Positions 1-8,928 of a DNA stretch of 64,000 nucleotides are shown in pieces. Positions within the stretch are counted from its first letter, which is position 1; every line of letters starts with the position of its first letter. The notes under the pieces are model-generated. The model was not told where the DNA came from. It searched no databases and worked only from the letters and a program-made list of their open reading frames with translations. Location: positions 1 to 64,000 of the forward strand of contig JAVKHQ010000016.1 in the NCBI GenBank assembly GCA_031459875.1, read 5' to 3'. Source of the DNA: Candidatus Fervidifonticultor sextus. Its GTDB lineage: Bacteria > Sysuimicrobiota > Sysuimicrobiia > Sysuimicrobiales > Humicultoraceae. A program made the position numbers and the translations under genes.

Positions 1-378
1 GTGGAGGAGATCATCGACTTCCTCGAGCTCGAAGAGCACCGCGACCACCGCGTCGCCGACCTGCCCTACGGCATCCAGAAGAAGGTGGAGCTGGGACGGG
101 CGCTGGCCATGGAGCCGCGCGTCCTGCTGCTCGACGAGCCCATGGCCGGGATGAGCGCCGACGAGAAGGCGGACATGGCCCGCTACATCCTGGAGCTGCG
201 GGAGGTGGGCGGCCTGCCCATGATCCTCATCGAGCACGACATGGGGGTCGTCATGGACCTCTGCGACCGCCTGATCGCCATGGACTACGGCCGCCAGATC
301 GCCGAGGGTCCCCCAGAGGTGATCCAGCGCCACCCCCGAGTCCTGCAAGCCTACCTGGGCGAGGCCACGGTCGCATGA
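1..378 (+). CDS. livG: Liv-type ABC ATP-binding protein (LivG-like), 5'-truncated by the window edge
   Basis: LPYGIQKKVELGRALA signature variant, LLLDEP Walker B, IEHDM H-loop, C-terminal VLQAYLG. Confidence 0.85.
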   Translation: MEEIIDFLELEEHRDHRVADLPYGIQKKVELGRALAMEPRVLLLDEPMAGMSADEKADMARYILELREVGGLPMILIEHDMGVVMDLCDRLIAMDYGRQIAEGPPEVIQRHPRVLQAYLGEATVA

Positions 379-2327
379 GCGCCCAGGCTGTCCTCGAGCG
401 GGCGCTGGCGCCCCCTGGGGAGGCCGCCGCTGGACCGGACACCTTTCCCAAGCGCCTGGTCTTCAATGCCCAGCGGTTCGGCGACCGCGTGGCCTTCCGG
501 GAGAAGGAGTTCGGGATCTGGCGCGAGATCACGTGGCGCCAGTACCTGGAGCACGCGCGCGCCTGCGCGCTGGGCCTCCATGCCCTGGGGTTGCGCCGGG
601 GCGAGGTCATCATGATCATCGGGGACAACCGCCCCGAGCAGTTCTACATCGCCATGGGCGCCCAGGCCATCGGCGCCATCTCGTGCGGGATGTACCAGGA
701 CAGCCTCCCGGAGCAACTGGCCGAGCTCATCGAGTTTGCCGGAGCCCGCTTCGTCTTCTGCGAGGACCAGGAACAGACCGACAAGATCCTGGAGATGGAA
801 TCGCGGCTGCCGACCGTCGAGCGGATCATCGTCGAAGACTGGCGCGGGATGTGGCGCTACCGCCACCCCAAACTGATCTCTTACACCGATCTGGAAGCCC
901 TGGGTCGGGAGGCCGACGCGCAATCCCCGGAACGGTTCGAGGCGATGGTGGCCCAGACCCGGGCGAACGAGGTGGCCATCCTCTGCCAGACCTCAGGGAC
1001 CACCGCCCTGCCCAAGCTGGCCATGCTGACGCACCGCAACCTGCTCAGTCAGGCGGAGAACTTCCTGGCCGTCGAGCCGCACATTTCAGCCAGCGACGAG
1101 TTTGTCAGCTACCTGCCCTTCGCCTGGATCGGCGAGCAGATGTTCTCCTTCAGCCTGCACCAGGTGGTAGGCTTCACCGTGAACTTCCCGGAGGAGCCGG
1201 AGACCGCGCAGCGGGACTTCCGCGAGATCGGCCCGCACTTCACCTTCGCCCCGGCCCGGATCTACGAAGGGCTGCACACGGCGGTGACCGTGCGTATCCT
1301 TGACGCGGGCCCGATCCGGCAGTGGATCTACCACACGGCCATGCGCCACGGCATCCGGGCGGTGGAGTTGGAAGCCGAGGGACGCCCCCGGCCCTGGTGG
1401 TTGCGGCTCGCAAGGTTCTTCTGGTACTGGACCGTCTACCGCCCGATCCTGGACAAGATCGGCATGGTGCGCATGCGCGTCGCCTGGAACGGCGGGGCGT
1501 CGCTGGGCCCCGACTACCACAAGTTCTTCCGGGCCCTGGGGCTGAACCTGAAGCAGATCTACGGCCAGACGGAGATCGCCGGGATCTCCTGCGTGCACCG
1601 CGACGGGCAGGTGCGTTTCTGGACCATGGGCGCGCCGATCGCCCATACCGAGGTCCAGATCTCGCCCGACGGCGAGATCATCGAACGGAGTCCCTCGGTC
1701 TTCCTGGGATACTACCGGAATCCGGAGGCCACCGCCAGGAGCCTGCGCGATGGCTGGCTCTACAGCGGCGACTACGGCGCCCTGGACCCCAGCGGCGACG
1801 TGATCCTGTTCGACCGCATGGGCGACATGATCCAGAAGGCCGACGGGACGAAGGTCGCGCCGCGGGTCATCGAGGACATGCTGAAGTTCACGCCCTACAT
1901 CCAGGAAGCGTGCGTGATCGGCGACGGGAAGCCCTTCCTCGCCGCGATCCTGAACATCGATCTGCGCACCGTGGGTAAGTGGGCTGAGGACCGCGGCATC
2001 TCGTTCACCTCCTACACCGACCTGTCGCAACGGCCGGCGGTGCTGGACCTGTTGCGGAACCTCGTGGAGGAGACGAATGCACGCCTGAAACCCGAGTGGA
2101 AGATCCACCGGTTCGTCTCGCTTTACAAGGAGTTCCATCCCGACGATGACGAACTCACCCGGACGCGCAAGCTCCGTCGCCGACACATCAACGAACGCTA
2201 CCGCGACCTCATCGACGCCATCTACGGGGGGAGGGCGGAGTTCCAGGCCGTCGTCACCATCCGGTACGAGGACGGACGCACCGCCGAACTCCACCCGATC
2301 ATGAAGATCCTGGACGCGGGTCCGTGA
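375..2327 (+). CDS. Long-chain acyl-CoA synthetase / AMP-binding enzyme
   Basis: QTSGTTALPK P-loop, YGQTE motif, GWLYSGD, C-terminal ELTRTRKLRR; ATGA overlap with upstream gene. Confidence 0.9.
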   Translation: MSAQAVLERALAPPGEAAAGPDTFPKRLVFNAQRFGDRVAFREKEFGIWREITWRQYLEHARACALGLHALGLRRGEVIMIIGDNRPEQFYIAMGAQAIGAISCGMYQDSLPEQLAELIEFAGARFVFCEDQEQTDKILEMESRLPTVERIIVEDWRGMWRYRHPKLISYTDLEALGREADAQSPERFEAMVAQTRANEVAILCQTSGTTALPKLAMLTHRNLLSQAENFLAVEPHISASDEFVSYLPFAWIGEQMFSFSLHQVVGFTVNFPEEPETAQRDFREIGPHFTFAPARIYEGLHTAVTVRILDAGPIRQWIYHTAMRHGIRAVELEAEGRPRPWWLRLARFFWYWTVYRPILDKIGMVRMRVAWNGGASLGPDYHKFFRALGLNLKQIYGQTEIAGISCVHRDGQVRFWTMGAPIAHTEVQISPDGEIIERSPSVFLGYYRNPEATARSLRDGWLYSGDYGALDPSGDVILFDRMGDMIQKADGTKVAPRVIEDMLKFTPYIQEACVIGDGKPFLAAILNIDLRTVGKWAEDRGISFTSYTDLSQRPAVLDLLRNLVEETNARLKPEWKIHRFVSLYKEFHPDDDELTRTRKLRRRHINERYRDLIDAIYGGRAEFQAVVTIRYEDGRTAELHPIMKILDAGP

Positions 2328-3244
2328 CCCTGGGGTTCGTCATCGAGGGGATCCTGATCGGCCTGGCGGTGGGCTCGATCTATGCGCTGATCGCCCTGGG
2401 GTTCGCACTCCTGTACAAGTCCACGAAGATCCTCAACCTGGCCCACGGGGAACTGGTGCTCTTCGGCGGCTACCTGGCCATCGCGCTGACCCGGATGCTT
2501 GACCTACCGGTGCTGGCGGCCTTCGGCCTGGCCGTGGGCGGCACGCTGCTCGCCGCAGCGGCCCTCGGCTTCGTGATCGAACGGGGGATCATGCGGCCCC
2601 TGTTCGGACAGCCGTTGCTGTCCATCGTCATCGTCACCCTGGCGATGGGCTACGTCATCCGCGGGCTGATGGTCGGGCTGTGGGGTGGCGACACACGGCT
2701 GTTTCCGCCGGTCATTCCCGCCGACGTCGTGCGGCTGGCCGGCATTCCCGTCCCCCGGGTAGGGGTCGTCAGCGCGTCTGTCGCCCTGGTGCTGCTGGTC
2801 GTGTTCTCGCTCTTCTTCCGGTACTCGCTGTGGGGCATCGCGATGCGGGCCGCGGCCAATGAGCAACTGACCGCCTCAACCCTGGGGGTCAGCCTGAAGC
2901 GGGTGTTCGCCTATGCCTGGGCGTTTGCGGCCATCGCCGCTTCGGTGGGGGGCATCCTCATCGGCCTGTGGCTCGGCGTCAACTTCGCCCTGGCCCACGT
3001 GGGGCTCAAGGCCCTGGCGGCCGTCATCCTGGGCGGCCTCGACAGCATCCCCGGCGCCATCCTCGGCGGGTTCATCATCGGGGTGCTGGAGACGGTGGTC
3101 GGCGGCTACATCGATGCCAACGTGGTGCTGCTGGGCGTGCCGCTGCAGGGGTTCAAGGACGTCACGCCCTTCGTCGTCATCCTGCTGGTGCTGTTGATCA
3201 AACCGTACGGGTTGTTCGGCACCGAGCACATCGAACGGCTCTGA
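2324..3244 (+). CDS. livH: Branched-chain amino acid-type ABC permease (LivH-like)
   Basis: GSIYALIALG, NLAHGE, GGLDSIPGA, KPYGLFG motifs. Confidence 0.9.
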   Translation: MTLGFVIEGILIGLAVGSIYALIALGFALLYKSTKILNLAHGELVLFGGYLAIALTRMLDLPVLAAFGLAVGGTLLAAAALGFVIERGIMRPLFGQPLLSIVIVTLAMGYVIRGLMVGLWGGDTRLFPPVIPADVVRLAGIPVPRVGVVSASVALVLLVVFSLFFRYSLWGIAMRAAANEQLTASTLGVSLKRVFAYAWAFAAIAASVGGILIGLWLGVNFALAHVGLKALAAVILGGLDSIPGAILGGFIIGVLETVVGGYIDANVVLLGVPLQGFKDVTPFVVILLVLLIKPYGLFGTEHIERL

Positions 3245-3271
3245 GGCGATGCAGCCCGAAGCACCGCGCCC

Positions 3272-4312
3272 ATGAGCGTCCGGCCGTCCGGCGACTTCAA
3301 GACCACCTTCGCCGCCGACATGGCGCTGCTGGACACCCTCTTCTACCGGGTGGGCTTCCTGTTGCTTCTGGCGGGGCTGCTGCTGGCACCCTACCTGCTG
3401 GGCCAGTACCTGTTCCTGCTCAGCACCATCGGGGTCTTCGCCATCGGCGCGATCGGCATGTCGCTGCTCACCGGCTTCGCCGGACAGATCTCGCTGGGCC
3501 ACGCGGCCTTCATGGCGATCGGCGCCTACATGTCCTGGTTCGCCACCACCCGGTGGGGCTGGCCGTTCCCGGCCGCGCTGCCGTTTGCCGGCCTCGTCGC
3601 CTTCGTCGTCGGGGCCGTGGTCGGACTGCCGTCTCTGCGCATCAAGGGACTGTACCTGGCCATCGCCACAATGGCCTTTCAGTTCATCACCGAATACGTC
3701 ATCCTGCACACCGCCGGCGGCATGGCCGGCACCGTCGTCCCGCCCGCGCGCATCGGGGGCTATCAGATCCGCACCGAGACCCAGTTCTACTACCTCCTGC
3801 TGCCCGTCTGGATCGCCGGCGGGGTGTTCGCCGCCAATCTCATCCGGGGGCGGGTGGGTCTGGCGTTGATGGCCATCCGCGACCGGGACTATGCGGCCCA
3901 GGTCCTGGGGGTGGACCTCCTGTCCTACAAACTTCTGGCCTTCGCCCTGGGGGCCTTCTATGCGGGGATTGCCGGCAGCCTGTTTGCCCACTACAACCGG
4001 GTCATCGGCGTCGAGCACTTCGGCATCGGGCTGTCGATCGACTTCATCGCCATGATCGTCCTGGGCGGCCTCACCAGCCTCTGGGGCCCCCACCTGGGGG
4101 CGGCGCTGGTCATCCTGCTCAACCAGGGGCTGCGGTTTGCGACCCCCTACCTGGTGGCCGTCATCCCCGTGCTCGGCAAGGCCGCCACGCCGCTCCGGGA
4201 GATCGTCTTCGGAATGCTGCTCGTCGCGCTGTTGATCTGGGAGCCAGGCGGGCTGGCGATGCTGTTCCGGAAATTCAAGCGATACCTGGACCTCTGGCCG
4301 TTCCCCCACTGA
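3272..4312 (+). CDS. livM: Branched-chain amino acid-type ABC permease (LivM-like)
   Basis: GQISLGHAAF, LRIKGLYLAIAT, AIRD motifs. Confidence 0.9.
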   Translation: MSVRPSGDFKTTFAADMALLDTLFYRVGFLLLLAGLLLAPYLLGQYLFLLSTIGVFAIGAIGMSLLTGFAGQISLGHAAFMAIGAYMSWFATTRWGWPFPAALPFAGLVAFVVGAVVGLPSLRIKGLYLAIATMAFQFITEYVILHTAGGMAGTVVPPARIGGYQIRTETQFYYLLLPVWIAGGVFAANLIRGRVGLALMAIRDRDYAAQVLGVDLLSYKLLAFALGAFYAGIAGSLFAHYNRVIGVEHFGIGLSIDFIAMIVLGGLTSLWGPHLGAALVILLNQGLRFATPYLVAVIPVLGKAATPLREIVFGMLLVALLIWEPGGLAMLFRKFKRYLDLWPFPH

Positions 4313-4322
4313 GCGGGGCCTT

Positions 4323-5108
4323 TCAGGCCAGCCAGCGCTTGCGGCGTTTGTAGCTCTTCACCTCGGTGAAATGGCGCCGGCCCGTCTTGCTCATCCCAAG
4401 GTAGAACTCCTTGACATCGGCGTCCTCGCGGAGGCGCTCGGCCGGACCGTCGAGGACGATCTTGCCGTTCTCCATGACGTACCCGTACTCCGCCAGTTGC
4501 AGCGCCATCTTCGCATTCTGCTCCACCAGGAAGATGGTCAACCGCTCGTCCTGGTTGAGGCGGGCCACTAGGTCGAAGATCTCATGGGCGATGATCGGCG
4601 CCAGGCCCAGGCTCGGCTCGTCCAGCAGCAGCATCCGCGGCCGAGCCATCAACGCACACCCGATGGCCAGCATCTGCTGCTCGCCCCCCGAGAGGTACCC
4701 CGCGCGCGCCCGGCGGCGCTCCTTCAGACGCGGGAAGTACTGGTAGACCAGATCGAGGTGATCCTGCCGACCCGGGGGATGGGCCGCGGCGCCAACCAGC
4801 AGGTTCTCCTCGGCGGTCAACTCCTCGAACAGCCGCCGGCCCTCCCGCACCATGACGATGCCCGACCGTGCCACATCCTCGGGCAGGCGGTTCTCGATGC
4901 GCCGACCGTCAAACTCGACGGTGCCGCGGGTGATCTCGCCGCGCTCCAGGCGCACGAGGCCAGAGATCGCCTTCAGCGTGGTGGTCTTGCCGGCGCCGTT
5001 GGCGCCTATGAGGGCGGTGATCCTCCCGCCGGGGACGGTCAGGGACACGCCCTTGAGGACCAGGATGGTACCCCAGAAGACGACCTCGACGTTGTTGACG
5101 GTCAGCAT
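4323..5108 (-). CDS. livF: Liv-type ABC ATP-binding protein (LivF-like); start may be 5120
   Basis: GANGAGKTT, LSGGEQQMLAIG, LLDEPSLGLAP. Confidence 0.9.
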   Translation of the reverse strand: MLTVNNVEVVFWGTILVLKGVSLTVPGGRITALIGANGAGKTTTLKAISGLVRLERGEITRGTVEFDGRRIENRLPEDVARSGIVMVREGRRLFEELTAEENLLVGAAAHPPGRQDHLDLVYQYFPRLKERRRARAGYLSGGEQQMLAIGCALMARPRMLLLDEPSLGLAPIIAHEIFDLVARLNQDERLTIFLVEQNAKMALQLAEYGYVMENGKIVLDGPAERLREDADVKEFYLGMSKTGRRHFTEVKSYKRRKRWLA

Positions 5109-5193
5109 GCGGGGAAGCACATGACGACTCGGTCAGCGGCCTCCCGGCCCCGGGTCCGAGCGTGCGTCCGGGAGGCCACCGCCACCGCCGAAC

Positions 5194-6471
5194 CTAGTAG
5201 CCGAGCCAGTCCTTGCGCCGCTCGATGGTCACGTGCTCGACCAGCGTGATCCGGCCGCCCCTGACCACCATGATCCGCGTGGTGGTGGACGGCCGGTGGT
5301 CGTCCCGCGCCAGCGTAATGGGCGGCGCCAGCCCGTCGGGGTCCCAGTTCTTCAGCAGCTCCAGCGCGGAGCGCACGTTCGTGCCCGCAAACCCGCCGAG
5401 CCGGCCGTAGCTGCTCCACCCGTCGACGATAGTCTCCAGCCCCTTCTTCAGCAGGAAGACGTTGAGCCAGCCGCGGATGTAGGAGGCGATGTAGGGGGTC
5501 TGCGTCGTGCCCCAGTCGAACTTGGGCACGTCCTTCCCCTGGAACCGCCTGTAGGCGTCGAAGAGCGTCCGCATGCCGGCCACCGGTTCACCGTAGTAGG
5601 CGTGCGGCGTGCTCCCGTAGACGCCCTCGGCCGCCTGCCCGATGAGCTTGATCATGTTCTCGTCATAGCCCCAGACGTTAACAAACCAGCGGGTTCTCAG
5701 CCCCGCCTGGGCGGCATCCCGCACGGTCACCGAGGCCGAATTGGTGGTCCCGCCGAACCAGGCGAAGTCGGCGCCGAAGCTCTTGATTGCCGCGATCTGG
5801 GACCGGGCCTCCAGCGCGGTCAACGCCACGAACTGGTCCGGCCCAACCTCGAAGCCCAGTTCCCTCGCGTAGTCCTTGCCTGCCGGGATCGGCGCCTTGC
5901 CGTACGGGTGGTCGGGGTAGGCGAAGACAAACTTGGGTTTCTCGATCCGCTCCTTCCGCGCCAGTTCGCGGGCGTACTTGAGCACAGCACGGATCTGGTC
6001 CGAGTACGAGGACACCGGGTAGAAGTTGTAGGGCGTCTTCGACGGGTCGTTCAGGTGCGACGAGTAGGAGGCCGAGATGTAGGGAATCTGGTCCGCCGCA
6101 ATCTGTTCTTTCAACGCCTCGGTGTCGTTGGTCCCCCAGCCGATGATGGCCTGGACCCTGTCCACGTCGCGGTACTTGCGGTACAGGTTCAGGCTCTCCG
6201 GGATGCGGTAGGCGTAGTCGGCCCATACCAGGTCGATCCTCACCTTCCCGCGGATTCCCCCCTGGACTTCGTTGATGTAGCGAACGTGGTCGAGGACCCC
6301 TTTGGAGTAGTCTACGCCCACGTCCGAGGTGGGGCCCGTGAGGTCGAAGAGCGCCCCGACCTTGATGGTCGCCGGAATCGGCGGCGGGGCCTGGGCGAGC
6401 GCTGGAACCACCAGGGTTGTGAAGAGCGAGCCCACCAGCAGCATCAAGAACCCATGCCTCCGTCCTCTCAC
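5194..6471 (-). CDS. ABC substrate-binding protein (Peripla_BP_6/LivJ-like) with signal peptide
   Basis: GTG start after GGGGAGGGA RBS, hydrophobic signal, IKVGALFDLTGPTS, YINEVQGGIRG. Confidence 0.85.
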   Translation of the reverse strand: MRGRRHGFLMLLVGSLFTTLVVPALAQAPPPIPATIKVGALFDLTGPTSDVGVDYSKGVLDHVRYINEVQGGIRGKVRIDLVWADYAYRIPESLNLYRKYRDVDRVQAIIGWGTNDTEALKEQIAADQIPYISASYSSHLNDPSKTPYNFYPVSSYSDQIRAVLKYARELARKERIEKPKFVFAYPDHPYGKAPIPAGKDYARELGFEVGPDQFVALTALEARSQIAAIKSFGADFAWFGGTTNSASVTVRDAAQAGLRTRWFVNVWGYDENMIKLIGQAAEGVYGSTPHAYYGEPVAGMRTLFDAYRRFQGKDVPKFDWGTTQTPYIASYIRGWLNVFLLKKGLETIVDGWSSYGRLGGFAGTNVRSALELLKNWDPDGLAPPITLARDDHRPSTTTRIMVVRGGRITLVEHVTIERRKDWLGY

Positions 6472-6509
6472 GAAGACATCCCTCCCCCGCTTGGTGGTAT
6501 TTCCCCTGG

Positions 6510-6535
6510 ATTCGCCGGGAGCTAGGGTACTCCCT
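6510..6535 (-). promoter_or_regulatory. Putative SigH-like promoter (AGGG-N18-GAAT)
   Basis: Minus strand GAAGGGAGTACCCTAGCTCCCGGCGAAT upstream of the SBP gene; motif recurs in the window. Confidence 0.4.
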
Positions 6536-8261
6536 TCCGCACGGTCACCGACCGCACGATGAGATCCTCGGCGCGGTTGCCCGCCGTGTTGATGGCGAAG
6601 TCGAAGCCCCAGGTGTTGGCCATGCTGGCATCGGTCAGGCGGACGGTGTGCATCACCCAACCCTCGCGGGCCTCCACCCATTGCCAGGGGGTGAAGCGGT
6701 ACCCGCCGGTGGCGTCGTAGAGCAGGTTGAAGCCCACCTGGCGCGCCCCGCGCGCTCCCCAGACCTCGACGGTGATCTCGAGGGGGATGCGGCCCTCCCC
6801 GAAGTACAGAAAGGTGTCGTCGATGTCGAAGTAGACGTAGACCACCTGGCGCGCCACGCTGGTGCGGACGGCTTCGCCGCCATTCACCTCGATCGGCTCG
6901 ACGGCGCCGTTGGGACGCGACCGGTAGCGCTGGTTGTACAGGCCCCGTTCCTCGCCGGTCTGGCCCAGGCGGGTCCAGACCTCGGGGGCGCGGGTGTAGT
7001 CCCGTTCAGGACCGACGACGGGCAGCAGGGGGCCTCGCGCGGCGGCGGTGGCCCGCGCCTCGTCCACCAGGGCGGCCGGCAGCCCGAAAATGAGCACCGG
7101 GACCTCCGTCAGCCTCACCAGGATCCGGCCGTCGCGGGCCTCAACGGGAACAGACCCACCGTCTGCGGCGCTGAGCCGGTAATCGGGAGATGCGGGCAGG
7201 TCCAGCGCGCGCCCCTGGGCAGTCGCCCAGGCCACCAGCACGGCGTCGGGGCCGGCTCCGAACATGAGGGCGTACGCATCGGGGTCGCGCACCAGGTAGC
7301 CGGCCAGCGGCCGGCCGGCCAGCGTGGTCGCCATCGGCCGCAGCTCGGCATCGAACCGCGCCGGATCCGCCACAAAGAGCCGGTCCAGTCCGGCGGCCTG
7401 GGCAGCGGCCAGCATGCGCGCCCAGAGGCCGCTGGCGGCGGCCTGGTCCGGCCGTCCACCGTGATCGGCACCTCCGGGCCGCCAGTCCAGCCAGATCGCC
7501 TTGCCCGCGGTCCGACCCCTCTGCGCGAGGGTGGCCAGCGGCCGCAGCAGCGCCTCCGGGGCCAACCCCTCCGGCGCCAGGGCGACGGCATCGAAGACGC
7601 CGGGCGCCTCCTGGGCCATCCGGACGACAAACCCCACATCCATCCCGACCGGGGCCGCCAGCGCGACCCGTGCTGCCGGATCGCTCTCGCGCAGGCGCGC
7701 GCGGGCCGTCTGGAGGAGGGCCAGATACTCGCGGCCCGTGCCGCGGAAGTGCGGCAGGCCCAGGTGCGTCCAGACCTGCCAGTCAACCACGCGGCCGCGA
7801 TAGCGGGCACCGGCGGCCGCCACGAACCGTTCCCAGTCGCGCAGATCGCGCGGGGGCTGGCGCGAGTAGATCGCCTGATGGGCCAGGTCGGATCCCGCGC
7901 CCAGGCTCGCCCACCGCGGCGTGTAGGCGAGGACCACCACCGGAGTAAGGCCTTCACGGCCGACGGCAGCCACAGCGCCGTCCACGCTGGCCCAGGCCAA
8001 AGCCCCGCGCTGCGCCTCGATGACGCTCCAGTCGGCCAGCACCTTGACCACCTTGATCCCCGCCGCACGGGCTCCGGCCAGGCCTGCGGGGTCCGGGAAG
8101 GCCAGGCCGAGTTGCATCGCACCGCCGGTCGAACGAGGCGGCACAGCGACCTGCTGGCCGCGTCCTGCCGGGGCTACGATGGCCGATGCGCCGAACGTCA
8201 GGGCCCACAGGAGGACGAACGCACCAGCCCTCCAAAGTGGACGCGGAATTCGCCGGGTCAC
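6522..8261 (-). CDS. Secreted GH-A clan (GH39/GH5-like) TIM-barrel protein with C-terminal beta domain; catalytic residues appear degenerate
   Basis: Signal-like N-terminus, WSVIEAQRG, LAYTPRWAS, PPRDLRDWERFV; WQVWTH where WxxWNEP is expected; start chosen at GTG 8261. Confidence 0.6.
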   Translation of the reverse strand: MTRRIPRPLWRAGAFVLLWALTFGASAIVAPAGRGQQVAVPPRSTGGAMQLGLAFPDPAGLAGARAAGIKVVKVLADWSVIEAQRGALAWASVDGAVAAVGREGLTPVVVLAYTPRWASLGAGSDLAHQAIYSRQPPRDLRDWERFVAAAGARYRGRVVDWQVWTHLGLPHFRGTGREYLALLQTARARLRESDPAARVALAAPVGMDVGFVVRMAQEAPGVFDAVALAPEGLAPEALLRPLATLAQRGRTAGKAIWLDWRPGGADHGGRPDQAAASGLWARMLAAAQAAGLDRLFVADPARFDAELRPMATTLAGRPLAGYLVRDPDAYALMFGAGPDAVLVAWATAQGRALDLPASPDYRLSAADGGSVPVEARDGRILVRLTEVPVLIFGLPAALVDEARATAAARGPLLPVVGPERDYTRAPEVWTRLGQTGEERGLYNQRYRSRPNGAVEPIEVNGGEAVRTSVARQVVYVYFDIDDTFLYFGEGRIPLEITVEVWGARGARQVGFNLLYDATGGYRFTPWQWVEAREGWVMHTVRLTDASMANTWGFDFAINTAGNRAEDLIVRSVTVRKGVP

Positions 8262-8352
8262 AGGCAGCACGGATTCGACGCCGGGGCGCACCTCCCTGTG
8301 GGAGGACTCCCCGTGAAAGGTTATGCCCAACCCCAGGAGGAAGGCCCCGCGC

Positions 8353-8412
8353 CGGGTGGAATAGAAGCGCCTTCGGGTGGAATACAAGCGCCTTGCGGAA
8401 TGGAAGCGCCTT
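8353..8412. repeat. Tandem repeat, units of 21+21+18 bp with core GGAAT-N2-AAGCGCCTT
   Basis: cgggtggaatagaagcgcctt / cgggtggaatacaagcgcctt / gcggaatggaagcgcctt read directly. Confidence 0.9.
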
Positions 8413-8452
8413 GTTGTCAGCAGACCGGAGCCCCACACAAGGAGGCCTCACG

Positions 8453-8914
8453 ATGTGGACACTCCCGCGGGCCGTCTCGGCGGTGGCAGGAGCGGGTGAA
8501 GGCTCAACCGACCTGAACGCGTTCGACCGGGCGCTGGCCGACGCCGGCATCGCCGATCTGAACGTCATCCGCGTGACGAGCATTTTTCCCCAGGGCGCCC
8601 GCATCGCCCCCCTGCGGCCGTATCCGCCGGGCCTGCTCATGCCGGCCGTCTACGCGCGGATCAGCCGGCACACCCCCGGCGAGCGCATCGCCGCCGCGGT
8701 CGGCATCGGCATCTCGGAGGCCGGATACGGCGTGATCATGGAGCACTCGCACACGGGGACGGCCGAGAACGCCGACCAGATCGTCCGGCGCATGGTCGAG
8801 GAAGCGATGGCGATGCGCGGCCTGCGCCTGACGGAGGTCGTCGTCGCCGCCAAAGAACACGTCGTGCAGCGCACCGGCTGCGTGGTGGCCGCGGTGCTGT
8901 TCTGGCCGGACTGA
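8453..8914 (+). CDS. pdaD: Pyruvoyl-dependent arginine decarboxylase
   Basis: LNAFDRALADAGIADLNVIRVTSIFP (Thr-Ser self-cleavage site), GYGVIME; AAGGAGG RBS before ATG 8453. Confidence 0.9.
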   Translation: MWTLPRAVSAVAGAGEGSTDLNAFDRALADAGIADLNVIRVTSIFPQGARIAPLRPYPPGLLMPAVYARISRHTPGERIAAAVGIGISEAGYGVIMEHSHTGTAENADQIVRRMVEEAMAMRGLRLTEVVVAAKEHVVQRTGCVVAAVLFWPD

Positions 8915-8928
8915 CGGAGGGAAAGGCG

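Noticed and set aside
8362..8364. Recoded TAG (aligned with TAC/TGG in the next repeat units: RVE*KRL RVEYKRL AEWKRL)
   Set aside because: No pyl/sel machinery in the window, TAG is used as a normal stop by many genes here, and the frame is not that of pdaD
8353..8412. Mini-CRISPR array
   Set aside because: Units are directly adjacent with no spacers, too short, and no cas genes are in the window
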